From the sequence record NZ_CP090314.1: a stretch of 20,351 nucleotides of DNA. One strand, 5' to 3'. The translations under genes and the position numbers were made by a program. This document shows, piece after piece, positions 6,989 to 15,420 of this stretch. The notes under the pieces are model-generated. The model did not search any database. It was not told the DNA's origin and worked only from the letters and a program-made list of their open reading frames with translations. Origin of the DNA: a plasmid. Each line of letters starts with the position of its first letter. The stretch's first letter is position 1.

Positions 6989-8882
6989 TTGATTAGTTCA
7001 ATTATCGACCTCTCACACCACCGTACGTACGGTTCCGTATACGGCGGTTCGACAACTTAATCACATTGAATTGACTGGAGCGTCTTGGACATATTCATAA
7101 GTCCGAGTTGTTCCAGTTTTCTATTAGTTAGAGAATAGCTCAAGGTCTTACTGTGTGCAGTTCGCCAGTAGCCCTTGCGGGTACTAGCGAAGACATATGC
7201 ATCACGCTGGGACAGCCCCAGCTTCTGTAAGTTAGTTACCTTAGTTTTAAGCTTCTTCCATTGCTTCCAGATATACTGTCTTATTCGGGCCCTCAACCAC
7301 TTGTCAAGGCGTTGAATAAAGTCAGTTAGTTTCCCAATTGAGTAGTACTGAAGCCATCCACGCATTTTTCGATGAATTTCTTCAAACATTCTTGTCAGGG
7401 ATATTCCACGATTACGTTTAGTTAATAACCTCAATGCTTTCTTTACTCGTTGTTGCGATTGTTTTGCTGGACGGGCGTAGGCTCCATTGTGGTCTACACC
7501 CAACGAAAAGCCAAGAAACTTTAACCGTAGCGGGCTACCGACTTTGGTTTTATCTGGGTTCACTTTAACTTTCAATCGCTTTTCAAGAAACTGGGTAATG
7601 CTTCGCATTACTCGTTCTCCGGCTCGTTGACTTTTAACATAAATGTTACAATCATCCGCATAGCGCACAAAGTGGTGACCACGTCTAGTCAACTCTTTAT
7701 CCAACTCATTTAGATAGATATTCGCCAGTATTGGTGACAATGGCCCTCCTTGTGGGGTTCCTTTTTCACTCTTAGCGAAAAGCCCATGGTCTAAGACTCC
7801 GCTAGTTAGAAACTTACGAATGAGCCTTAGTGTCCATGGGTCATCAATATATTGTTGAAGATACTTAATCATCAAGTCATGATTAACATTATCAAAATAG
7901 GCTTTTAGGTCTAAGTCGACAACTCTTCGATAACCTTGATTATAAAGATCTACTACTTTTGCAATAGCGTCGTGAGCCCCACGGTGAGGGCGGAAGCCAA
8001 AACTATTATCAGAGAAAACACGCTCAAAGATAGGTGTAAGAATTTGGGCCACAGCTTGTTGAACCATTCGGTCCACCACTGTTGGTATTCCGAGTTTTCT
8101 TACTCCACCATTAGGCTTCGGAATTTCTACCCGTTTGACTGGTGCTGGTTTATACTTGCCCTCACGCAAACTAGCGATCAATTCCGTCTTATTTTCTCTG
8201 AGATATGGCAGAAGGTCATTGACTGTCATATCGTCAATGCCTGCTGCCCCTTTATTTCTCTTAACTCGCAAATAAGCCTGATTAAGGTTATTGCGGTCCA
8301 AGACTAAGTCTTGGATAGTGACACTCATACCTTTACCTTCACCATAATCGGTACTACGCGCCCTTGTGTACTTTCGGTTTTCCAAACCTATCCTCGACAA
8401 GCGGTCAGCTTGTTGTTCTGTTTTCTGCGATTGTCGCACCTGATTACACCTCCGATATAAGTTACAAGTTATTGTCGTTCAGTCCTTCATCTGATTACTC
8501 AGACTACTATGACCTCGGCTGACTTCTGGCTTACTCAACGCTACATCACTGCACCGCTTGTTTCTGTGGAAATTAAACTTATTCCTCTTGTCGGAAACGT
8601 GTAGGCCAGATCTCCCCGGGTAAGGATATTAACTTTCGTACCATGTCACCGGTAGCTTTACTGAAAGTAACTTCGAGTAGTGTTGGACTTTAACTTGTCA
8701 TGCAGTCTTATCCAGTTAGTTCCAGCCTTATAGCTACTTCTTGTTCATCGGTGCAGTACTTTGCCTTAGACTTCCTTCAGATTCCACCTCGCAGTGGACA
8801 CCCTTGTCCTCAGCTCATGGTTCCGACTACTACGGCCCATAGCGGACTCTCACCGCCTAGCTAATACCCATGCCGGGCGCAC
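6980..8882 (-). mobile_element. Group II intron, bacterial class C-like (~1.9 kb). The 3' boundary is approximate, within ±20 nt.
   Basis: 5' end GUGCGCCCGGCAUGGG at 8882, immediately after a terminator hairpin. Only ~554 nt lie between the 5' end and the IEP start (short domains I-III). A domain V-like 32-nt hairpin at 7017-7048 (ACCGCCGUAU ACGG AA CCGU AC GUACGGUGGU) carries a CGC triad and an AC bulge. A DVI-like stem lies at ~6980-7010. Confidence 0.7.
7057..8328 (-). CDS. Group II intron-encoded reverse transcriptase/maturase, ~423 aa, no endonuclease domain
   Basis: RT motifs including YADD (RYADDCNIYV), a maturase/X domain (RGWLQYY) and a short C-terminus. Start at MSVTIQD with a GAAGGTAAAGG RBS. 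The 5' extension in the track lacks an RBS. Confidence 0.85.
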   Translation of the reverse strand: MSVTIQDLVLDRNNLNQAYLRVKRNKGAAGIDDMTVNDLLPYLRENKTELIASLREGKYKPAPVKRVEIPKPNGGVRKLGIPTVVDRMVQQAVAQILTPIFERVFSDNSFGFRPHRGAHDAIAKVVDLYNQGYRRVVDLDLKAYFDNVNHDLMIKYLQQYIDDPWTLRLIRKFLTSGVLDHGLFAKSEKGTPQGGPLSPILANIYLNELDKELTRRGHHFVRYADDCNIYVKSQRAGERVMRSITQFLEKRLKVKVNPDKTKVGSPLRLKFLGFSLGVDHNGAYARPAKQSQQRVKKALRLLTKRNRGISLTRMFEEIHRKMRGWLQYYSIGKLTDFIQRLDKWLRARIRQYIWKQWKKLKTKVTNLQKLGLSQRDAYVFASTRKGYWRTAHSKTLSYSLTNRKLEQLGLMNMSKTLQSIQCD

Positions 8883-8885
8883 ATA

Positions 8886-8926
8886 AAAAGAAAAAGGTTA
8901 GCTATTATTGCTAACCCTTTTCTTTT
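8886..8926. terminator. Rho-independent terminator (ggttagc tattatt gctaacc, with A-run and T-run) of the MobC-like gene. It forms the 5' exon side of the intron insertion site.
   Basis: 7-bp GC-containing stem with flanking A-run and T-run. The intron 5' end begins 4 nt after the T-run (minus-strand sense). Confidence 0.65.
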
Positions 8927-8997
8927 ACCCCGGTTTTAAGAGTTATTAGAATAATATATCCTTTAATTTTTTCTTTGCATATTATTTCCAGTTGCGT

Positions 8998-9393
8998 TTA
9001 ATCATTTTTATGTTCAGAATCGTATTTTTCCCCCGAAACTTTCATCCTTTGAATGATCCATTGGATGGATTGAGCATATAATTCTTTTTCTTTAGTATTT
9101 TCAAATAAACAAGAATCTATATTACTTAGTGCATCATTCAAATCATCTATCAACAAGCCAAACGATGCAGATGAATAGTTACCAAAATCTGTACTATCTT
9201 CGATATTAATTGGCATTTTTTTTAGCGCATAGTGTCTAGATTGGGCACCATTTAAAAGAAAGGCAGAAACATCTTCTCCAGCGCCTTTAGCCCACTTTTG
9301 AATTTCTGTTTTTTCAGCTTTAGTCACGCGAGCACGAATAGCGTCTTTTTTTACTTTATCCCGATTTTCATATTTTTTGGCTGGCAAAATCAT
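8998..9393 (-). CDS. MobC-like / ribbon-helix-helix DNA-binding protein (131 aa)
   Basis: N-terminal segment AIRARVTKAEKTEIQKWAKGAGEDVSAFLLNGAQ resembles MobC/RHH relaxosome accessory proteins. GGAGG RBS. Confidence 0.45.
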   Translation of the reverse strand: MILPAKKYENRDKVKKDAIRARVTKAEKTEIQKWAKGAGEDVSAFLLNGAQSRHYALKKMPINIEDSTDFGNYSSASFGLLIDDLNDALSNIDSCLFENTKEKELYAQSIQWIIQRMKVSGEKYDSEHKND

Positions 9394-9399
9394 TCCTCC

Positions 9400-9730
9400 A
9401 ATTAGCGTAGCTACGCTTTAAACTAAGTTATGTTTTTTTACGCAGCTACATAATTCATAGTTAAAAGCGTAACTACCTACATCTTCAAACTAAATTACTT
9501 TTTTCATCATGTAGCTACACTATCAATGATTAATAATGTAGCTACGCCTTAATGTCACTTCAACTAAAAAACACAACTACATTATTATTTTATGATGTCG
9601 TAGCTACACTTTCAACTTCTAAAAGTGTAGCTACATCTTCAAACTAAACTACTTTTTTTCATCATGTAACCACACTATTAATGATAGCGTAGCTACATTA
9701 TCATTTTTTGATTCCGTAACTACGTTTTCA
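9400..9730. repeat. Array of ~11 copies of the palindromic octamer GTAGCTAC (with variants GTAACTAC, GCAGCTAC and GTAACCAC), plus a ~54-bp direct repeat (9477-9530 and 9631-9685)
   Basis: Copies occur at irregular 20-43 bp spacing. The octamer is self-complementary. TAGCGT occurs at 9404 and 9685. Confidence 0.8.
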
Positions 9731-9975
9731 ATGCTGCAAAAAAAGTAAAATTAGTTAATTTGCTTTAATTCAGACTATTGTTTGCTACTTTAATATTTAG
9801 ATGTATACATTATGCCGTTTAAAGACTAAAATAAAAATAAGAAAGCTACAATAGAGGAGTTTAAAATTAAAAGTAACCAAAATAGTAACCAATCGCACCA
9901 CAACAACCTTTATCTTGTAACTAGATTTAAACAATATGCCTTACAACAAGGGTTAAAAAAACACTATTAAAGGAA

Positions 9976-10140
9976 ATGGTATTAATGACAGTAAACAAAG
10001 TAGTTATAAAAAATAAAGCTGATATCCATCCTGAAGATACTGTTAAATACATGGTTACAAATAACTATGTACATGAAAGAAAAAGCCTATACACTAATCA
10101 CAAAGCAAATATTATAAAAAAAGGGAAAGGTGGATTATAG
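9976..10140 (+). pseudogene. rep: N-terminal fragment (54 codons) of a rolling-circle rep gene, cut off by the IS30-family insertion
   Basis: AAGGAAATGG start. The frame ends ...IIKKGKGGL* exactly at the IS left end. The same KKGKG/aaaaaaagggaaagg is repeated in frame at the other IS junction. Confidence 0.45.
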
Positions 10141-11396
10141 AATGAAGTTAGCCACCTAATTGGTGGTAAATGCAAAAACGCCATTCGGCGTGACATCAGG
10201 TATCATATTAAGTGAATCAAAACAATATGAAAGGATGTCCGTCAAATGACGCACTTAAATGATACCATGCCCACTAACCTTTTGGCCACTCATCGCAAAT
10301 ATGCACACCTTACTAAAGAAGAGCGAGTGATGATTGCGACTTTAAAGTCGCAAGGACTTTCCAATCGCGCAATCGGTCGTCAATTAGGAGTGAACCACCA
10401 AACCATTAATAATGAGCTTAAACGTGGTACAGTTCGCCAAATTCGTCGTCAAAAATTCAATGGTAAGACTTACGATTACCCTTATCACATCTACAGTTAT
10501 GAAGCTGGTCAGAATATTTATCTTAAATGCCACCAACGGTCCGGTCGTCCTCGTTTATATTACCGCTCAAAGCGTTTTTTACAATTGGCCGACCAATTAA
10601 TGCTTGGTGAATTTGATGAGCATCGTTACTCTCCTCAAGCGGCTATTTATAAGGCACGTGATTTGATGAGTGATGATTCACTGATCCCTAAGTCTGTTGT
10701 GACTTTGTATCAGTGGATTAATGATGGTGTATTCCGTACGTCTAACTTGGACCTTTTTGAGAAAACTAAACGTAAACACCATCAATCTCATCCACAAGCC
10801 AAAAAGTGCTTAGGACCTAACATTGCTCAACGTCCACAGGTTGCGGACCAACGGTCCGAAATTGGTCATTGGGAACTAGACACTATTCAAGGTCATAAAG
10901 ATGGCAAGGATAGCGTTGTTCTAGTAATGACTGATCGTTTTTCACGGGTTAATATTACGAGAAAAATTGCTGGTAAAACTGCGCATGCAGTAAATCAGTT
11001 CTTTATAAATTTACGCCAGAAAATGGGCACAGATGCTTACTATCGCATCTTTAAGACAATAACCTCTGACAACGGTTCAGAATTTAGTGAGTTAACACAA
11101 GTTCACGATCATGTTTTCTATGCTGATCCGTATTCCCCTTGGGAACGTGGATCCAATGAAATCAATAATCGTTTTCTCCGGAAGGAGATTACTAAGGGCC
11201 AAGCTGTTAATGATTATAGTAGTGCCCAGATTATAGCGACCAATAACTGGATGAATCACTATCCACGAGCCATATTTAATGGACGTTCTGCAATGGATGT
11301 TTACTGTAAAGCATTCTATCAAGAGACGTCACGTTCTCATCAACCAATAACTAATTGGTCAGTGCTATTTATTTCAGCTTAGTGGCTAACTTATTC
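10140..11396 (+). mobile_element. IS30-family insertion sequence (~1.26 kb)
   Basis: Terminal inverted repeats gaatgaAGTTAGCCACc (10140-) and gGTGGCTAACTtattc (-11396). A single transposase ORF fills the element. Confidence 0.75.
10246..11382 (+). CDS. IS30-family DDE transposase (378 aa)
   Basis: N-terminal HTH (LSNRAIGRQLGVNHQTI) and a DDE core (HWELDTI...VLVMTDRFSR...ITSDNGSEF) typical of IS30. Confidence 0.85.
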   Translation: MTHLNDTMPTNLLATHRKYAHLTKEERVMIATLKSQGLSNRAIGRQLGVNHQTINNELKRGTVRQIRRQKFNGKTYDYPYHIYSYEAGQNIYLKCHQRSGRPRLYYRSKRFLQLADQLMLGEFDEHRYSPQAAIYKARDLMSDDSLIPKSVVTLYQWINDGVFRTSNLDLFEKTKRKHHQSHPQAKKCLGPNIAQRPQVADQRSEIGHWELDTIQGHKDGKDSVVLVMTDRFSRVNITRKIAGKTAHAVNQFFINLRQKMGTDAYYRIFKTITSDNGSEFSELTQVHDHVFYADPYSPWERGSNEINNRFLRKEITKGQAVNDYSSAQIIATNNWMNHYPRAIFNGRSAMDVYCKAFYQETSRSHQPITNWSVLFISA

Positions 11397-11400
11397 TTGA

Positions 11401-12138
11401 AATTTAGAAAAAAAAGGGAAAGGAAATTACTTCAACAAAAATACAGGTGAAAAAATAACAAAAGTTAAAAACTCAAATTTAAAAATTCAAAATCGTCAAT
11501 CACTAATTAGATCCTACGTCAACTTACGATACACAATAGAGAAATATGTTACAGGTTCTATCTATGACGAAATGTACACTCTTACTTATGAAAAAGCTCA
11601 AACATCATTTAAAGACCTGAGCCACGATTTTGTTACCTTCATGAAACGTTTCAAACGCTATGTTAAAAAGAACTATCCTAAAGTTAACTTATCATGGATA
11701 CGAATAAACGAACCTCATAAAGACACAATAAACGGCAAGCCAAAATGGCATATTCATCTAATCGTCATAGGACTTCCTTTTATGAAGCATCACATTCTTG
11801 AAAAATTATGGGGGCATGGAATAGTCACAATCACTTCATACTACAAATGCAATATTCACAAAGTAGCTAATTATTTTACTGGCTTCATCAACAAAAACGA
11901 TTCTGATCCAGAAAGCAAAAAAGGACGACTAAAATACTATACATCTGGCACTGACCTATTTAGCTTGTCTCGAGGATTACACGTCCCAAAATGGATACAA
12001 GGTACAGACCAAGAAATTAGAAAAAAACATCCTGGCAAAATTATAAATGAAACTACTATTGAAATTAGAGATACAAACGATAACAGTCTATTTAATCGAT
12101 TTGCTTACCGCGACATCGAATCAAACAAAACAAAATAA
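11401..12138 (+). pseudogene. rep: C-terminal ~245-codon part of a Rep_1 (pC194/pUB110-type) rolling-circle replication initiator. It is open from the IS30 right end. The ORF track gives 11572-12138.
   Basis: Motif I-like MYTLTY (FLTLT), HUH motif HIHLIVIG, and a Tyr motif VANYFTGFINKNDSD (cf. AKYxxKDSD). The frame is open upstream to 11401 with no start codon. Confidence 0.55.
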
Positions 12139-12176
12139 CAAAACAATTTAAAATTGTATATTATTACCAGCAACCC

Positions 12177-12222
12177 AAAAGTGAGTATTAAGTCTCTTAG
12201 ATGTACTTAATACTCACTTTTG
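12177..12222 (+). terminator. Rho-independent terminator after rep (aaaagtgagtattaagt ... acttaatactcactttt)
   Basis: 17-bp perfect inverted repeat including a T-run, 40 nt after the rep stop. Confidence 0.7.
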
Positions 12223-12959
12223 CTATACCCATCAACTGCGCTAACCACTTATAAAAAGCCTACTCTACCTTAACTCCCCATAAAGTAACTGCGTAGCATC
12301 ATCATTACACTTCGCCTTAATGTGGCAAAAATGTAATGACACAACATCGTAACACTAGTCGCTTATCATCAATCAATCTACTAATAATCATTACTAGACT
12401 CATTGATAATAGCAACTCAGACAGATTAAGCGCATCCAGCCCTTGCCCCTACCATTATTAGAGTTTGATTTGTTCAACTGTTTTACTTAATTTCAAACAG
12501 AGCATCGCGAAAACTCGAGAAAATCGCTTAATAGTAGGGTTGTCCGTCGCATTTTCTGGACTTCCAGCCACTTCTTTAAGGATTGTAAGTCCTAGGGTTT
12601 AGCATACCATTTGTTTACCACAGGATTGTACGTCTCAGTCCCACGTGTGTTTCGAGGTGCTACCAACACAGTACAGCTGTTTTCGAGTCAAACGGGTGCG
12701 GCCCAAAAAGAAAAGCACACAGCCTTTTAGCCATGTGCCTAGTTTTTTGGTTTATGTTAAATTCAATCACTTGAAATTAGCTACATTTCTCCTATAATTA
12801 ATTCATAGATAGAAATGACAAACCACTAGCTACGCCCATTAGCTAATTGGTTGCCTGTTGTGTACTTCCAATACATGGCAGGCTTTTTCTTTTTGCTCTA
12901 AAATATTCAATTTTGAAATAAATATTTTGTTTCGACTCTTAAATTACACTATTTATTGC

Positions 12960-13300
12960 ACAAAGTAAATACTTTAAAATAAGCTGTAGTACGGTATTTA
13001 TAAACCACAATTATTTATTGTAGTAAAATATTTATTGTAGTTTATAAATAATAGTAGTAAGCAAATAACTTACTACTATTTCAAAGGTGATTATATCAAC
13101 GTTTAAAAAAATAAGCTTGTAATTTGTTTACTACAGTAAATAATTGTAGTAGATAAATATTTTACTATAATTATTTATCTAGTTTTCCCATTATTGTATT
13201 TATTTACTACACTTAATCGATATCTATAATTAACTGTTATAGTTCCTTTACCAATTAAGATTAATCCGAGTTGTAGTAAAGTAATTATAGTAACTAGAAT
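12960..13300. repeat. AT-rich array of ~10 TGTAGTA/TACTACA heptamers in both orientations upstream of parA. Putative partition centromere/operator.
   Basis: Core repeats at ~12985, 13018, 13036, 13053, 13069, 13128, 13145, 13165, 13202 and 13271, plus longer inverted segments (tagtaaaatattt / aaatattttacta). Confidence 0.55.
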
Positions 13301-13360
13301 TTTTTTGTTGTAAACTTAGTTTAAAGTAACTAAACCTATTATTATGGGAGGTGACTACCA

Positions 13361-14245
13361 ATGCCAACTGTACTATACGGAAACATGAAGGGTGGCGTAG
13401 GCAAAACTACTAATAGTGTTATGACCGCATACCAATTAGCAAGAAAGGGCTATAAAACATTAGTTTGCGATTTAGATCCACAAGCAAATGCTACCCAGTT
13501 ACTACGAAGAACTTATGGATTGCAGCATGGCACTGATTTAAAAATTGAAAAAACAATGATGGTAGCTTTAACCGAAGAAAATATTGAACCTGCTATTGTT
13601 AATATTATGGATAATCTGTATCTTCTTCCTTCGTCAGAAGACTTTAAAAATTATCCTGATTTCTTAGAAATGAAATTTATGCCTGATAAAGAAAAAATTC
13701 TAGCCGGTAATAGCACAACCTTGCAAAGCGAAATGGCTAAAGTAAAAGAAAAACGAATTGCTTATTTTTCGAAACAACTGGCTAAAGTACATGACCAATA
13801 TGATTTCATCATTATCGATGTACCACCAACGCTTTCAATTTTTACAGATTCAGCAATATATGCTACTAATTTTGTGATCATTGTTTTACAAACCCAACAG
13901 CGTTCTCTAGATGGAGCTGAAACATTTTTTGAATACCTGCAGGAAATGTACAATAATTATGCCAATATTGACTTTGATATTATTGGAGTTTTAGCAGTCC
14001 TACTTAAAAATAATGCTGGTTTAGATAGTCAAATTTTAAAAGATGCTCGCGTTGATTTTGGCGACGATATGCTATTTAATCAAATTATTAGACACATGGA
14101 AAGATTGAAACGATACGATAGAACAGGGATTGCTGAAAAAGGATTAACCAAGTATGACATGCATGACACACGTCTACACTATATTTACACAAAGTTAACA
14201 GATGAAATTATTGCTCGATTAAAGGATAAAGGAGCACTTAACTGA
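13361..14245 (+). CDS. parA: ParA/Soj-family partition ATPase (294 aa)
   Basis: Deviant Walker A motif KGGVGKTT. DLDPQ and IIIDVPP motifs. GGGAGG RBS. Confidence 0.9.
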   Translation: MPTVLYGNMKGGVGKTTNSVMTAYQLARKGYKTLVCDLDPQANATQLLRRTYGLQHGTDLKIEKTMMVALTEENIEPAIVNIMDNLYLLPSSEDFKNYPDFLEMKFMPDKEKILAGNSTTLQSEMAKVKEKRIAYFSKQLAKVHDQYDFIIIDVPPTLSIFTDSAIYATNFVIIVLQTQQRSLDGAETFFEYLQEMYNNYANIDFDIIGVLAVLLKNNAGLDSQILKDARVDFGDDMLFNQIIRHMERLKRYDRTGIAEKGLTKYDMHDTRLHYIYTKLTDEIIARLKDKGALN

Positions 14246-14619
14246 TGGCTAAATATCAATTTGATAAGGGCACGAAAAGAAGGTCAAAACCAAGGCCCAA
14301 GCCAATAGACAAGACCGATATTTCAAAGCCAAAAATAACTTATAATCCTCTTACTGTAACCGACAGAGTTGAAAATGATCTGCAGCATAAAAAAAGATCA
14401 GTAGGAAGGCCAAAAACAGGTCGAAAATCATACAAAACAGTTCGTTTATTAACAAGTACTGTGTTGAAGATTAATGCGTTGGAAAATGCTCTTGGAATTA
14501 AGACACAAGATGCTACTGTAGATCAAGCCGTTGACCGAGTAATTAATTCATTAACTAATGATGAAATGCGAGCTTATAAGCTGTGGCTTGAAATGTTTGA
14601 AAAAAAAGAAAAAGAATAG
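14245..14619 (+). CDS. Small basic ParB-like centromere-binding partner protein (124 aa)
   Basis: ATGA overlap with parA. Lys/Arg/Pro-rich N-terminus (KRRSKPRPKP...GRPKTGRK). Position is typical of a type Ib partition adaptor. Confidence 0.55.
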   Translation: MAKYQFDKGTKRRSKPRPKPIDKTDISKPKITYNPLTVTDRVENDLQHKKRSVGRPKTGRKSYKTVRLLTSTVLKINALENALGIKTQDATVDQAVDRVINSLTNDEMRAYKLWLEMFEKKEKE

Positions 14620-14642
14620 GTAAGATCATAAAATTTTGAAAA

Positions 14643-14682
14643 AATAGGTACTACTAAATTTAAAATTTAGTAGTACCTATTT
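14643..14682. terminator. Bidirectional terminator, a 19-bp perfect palindrome (aataggtactactaaattt|aaatttagtagtacctatt) between convergent genes
   Basis: Perfect inverted repeat flanked by an A-run and a T-run. Confidence 0.7.
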
Positions 14683-14687
14683 TTTGA

Positions 14688-15281
14688 TTACCGTTTCTGA
14701 ATTCGTTTTTTCAATCGATAAAGCGTTGACCTAGATAGGCCTGTTGCCTGTTGAGTAGTTCTATAGTCGCTCTTCATAAGCAGATTGTAAATCTGGTAAT
14801 CTTGTTGTGTAATCTCTCGTTTATTGCTTTTATCCCTATGCAAATCAATCTGATGTGTCATTTGACACATCTTTTTTCTATTAGAGGAACGTTGCATCAT
14901 AGTAACCATATCTGCTCGACAGAGCATCTTAGCTACATAATACGGTTCACGACTGTTACTCATACCCATTTCTAGCTCGTCGCTAAAAATTGTTATCTGA
15001 AGGTCTTCAATCTCGTCGAGTAAGCAACATAATTCACGCACGTTAGACGTCATATTTGATACGTCCATTACATCTATCATATCGCCAGGTTTCACAACCA
15101 TAAGTAATTTTTGCAGTTGAAATCGTGCCTGACACACCCCAGTGAATGTGTCAATAAAGTAAGCATCATAATCCACATTGGTTTGTTTAAGAAAATCAAT
15201 TTGACACGCGATTGAACCTTTATCATTAATGTCATTATTAGTGGTTCCAGCCACATAAGCATACATTGACATATGTTTCAT
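14688..15281 (-). CDS. Serine-recombinase (resolvase/invertase) homologue with all catalytic residues substituted, plus a C-terminal HTH_7 domain. Putative non-catalytic DNA-binding regulator.
   Basis: Fold-level match to Hin/Tn3 resolvase: YAYVAGTTNN for YxRVSTxxQ, VKPGDMIDVMDVSNMTSNVRELCCLLDEI for GDTLVVxKLDRLGRSxxxLxxLxxEL, and HTH GLSRSTLYRLKKR. The positions corresponding to Hin R8, S10, D65, R66 and R69 are Y, A, S, N and T. Confidence 0.6.
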   Translation of the reverse strand: MKHMSMYAYVAGTTNNDINDKGSIACQIDFLKQTNVDYDAYFIDTFTGVCQARFQLQKLLMVVKPGDMIDVMDVSNMTSNVRELCCLLDEIEDLQITIFSDELEMGMSNSREPYYVAKMLCRADMVTMMQRSSNRKKMCQMTHQIDLHRDKSNKREITQQDYQIYNLLMKSDYRTTQQATGLSRSTLYRLKKRIQKR

Positions 15282-15369
15282 ATCCTTTCTATTTTATTTT
15301 TTGTATTAACAGTCTAAATAAAAAAATTTGAAACATGGTATGAAACAAAATAACTACATCAGTTCGCAT

Positions 15370-15392
15370 AACATAAATTGGTATAATAAGAA
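15370..15392 (+). promoter_or_regulatory. Candidate mod promoter: extended -10 TGgTATAAT (15379-15387) with a TTCGCA -35-like hexamer upstream
   Basis: Sequence pattern ~35 nt upstream of the mod ATG. Confidence 0.3.
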
Positions 15393-15420
15393 GAAATAAT
15401 AATTACTAGAAAAGGTAGAT

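Noticed and set aside
7936-8307. 123-aa plus-strand ORF inside the intron
   Set aside because: Antisense to the RT/maturase gene. Cys/Phe-rich nonsense composition.
9400-9730. GTAGCTAC array as a possible CRISPR array
   Set aside because: Units are only 8 bp, palindromic, irregularly spaced and degenerate. There are no spacer-like unique segments of uniform length and no cas genes.
10412-11322. ORFs 10412-10600(+) and 11092-11322(-) inside the IS30 element
   Set aside because: Embedded in or antisense to the transposase gene.
12960-13300. AT-rich heptamer array as CRISPR or iterons
   Set aside because: Repeats are too short and occur in both orientations. There is no adjacent theta-type rep gene. 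The position upstream of parA fits a centromere better.
13762-15000. ORFs 13762-13953(-) and 14751-14975(+)
   Set aside because: Antisense to parA and to the resolvase-like gene respectively.
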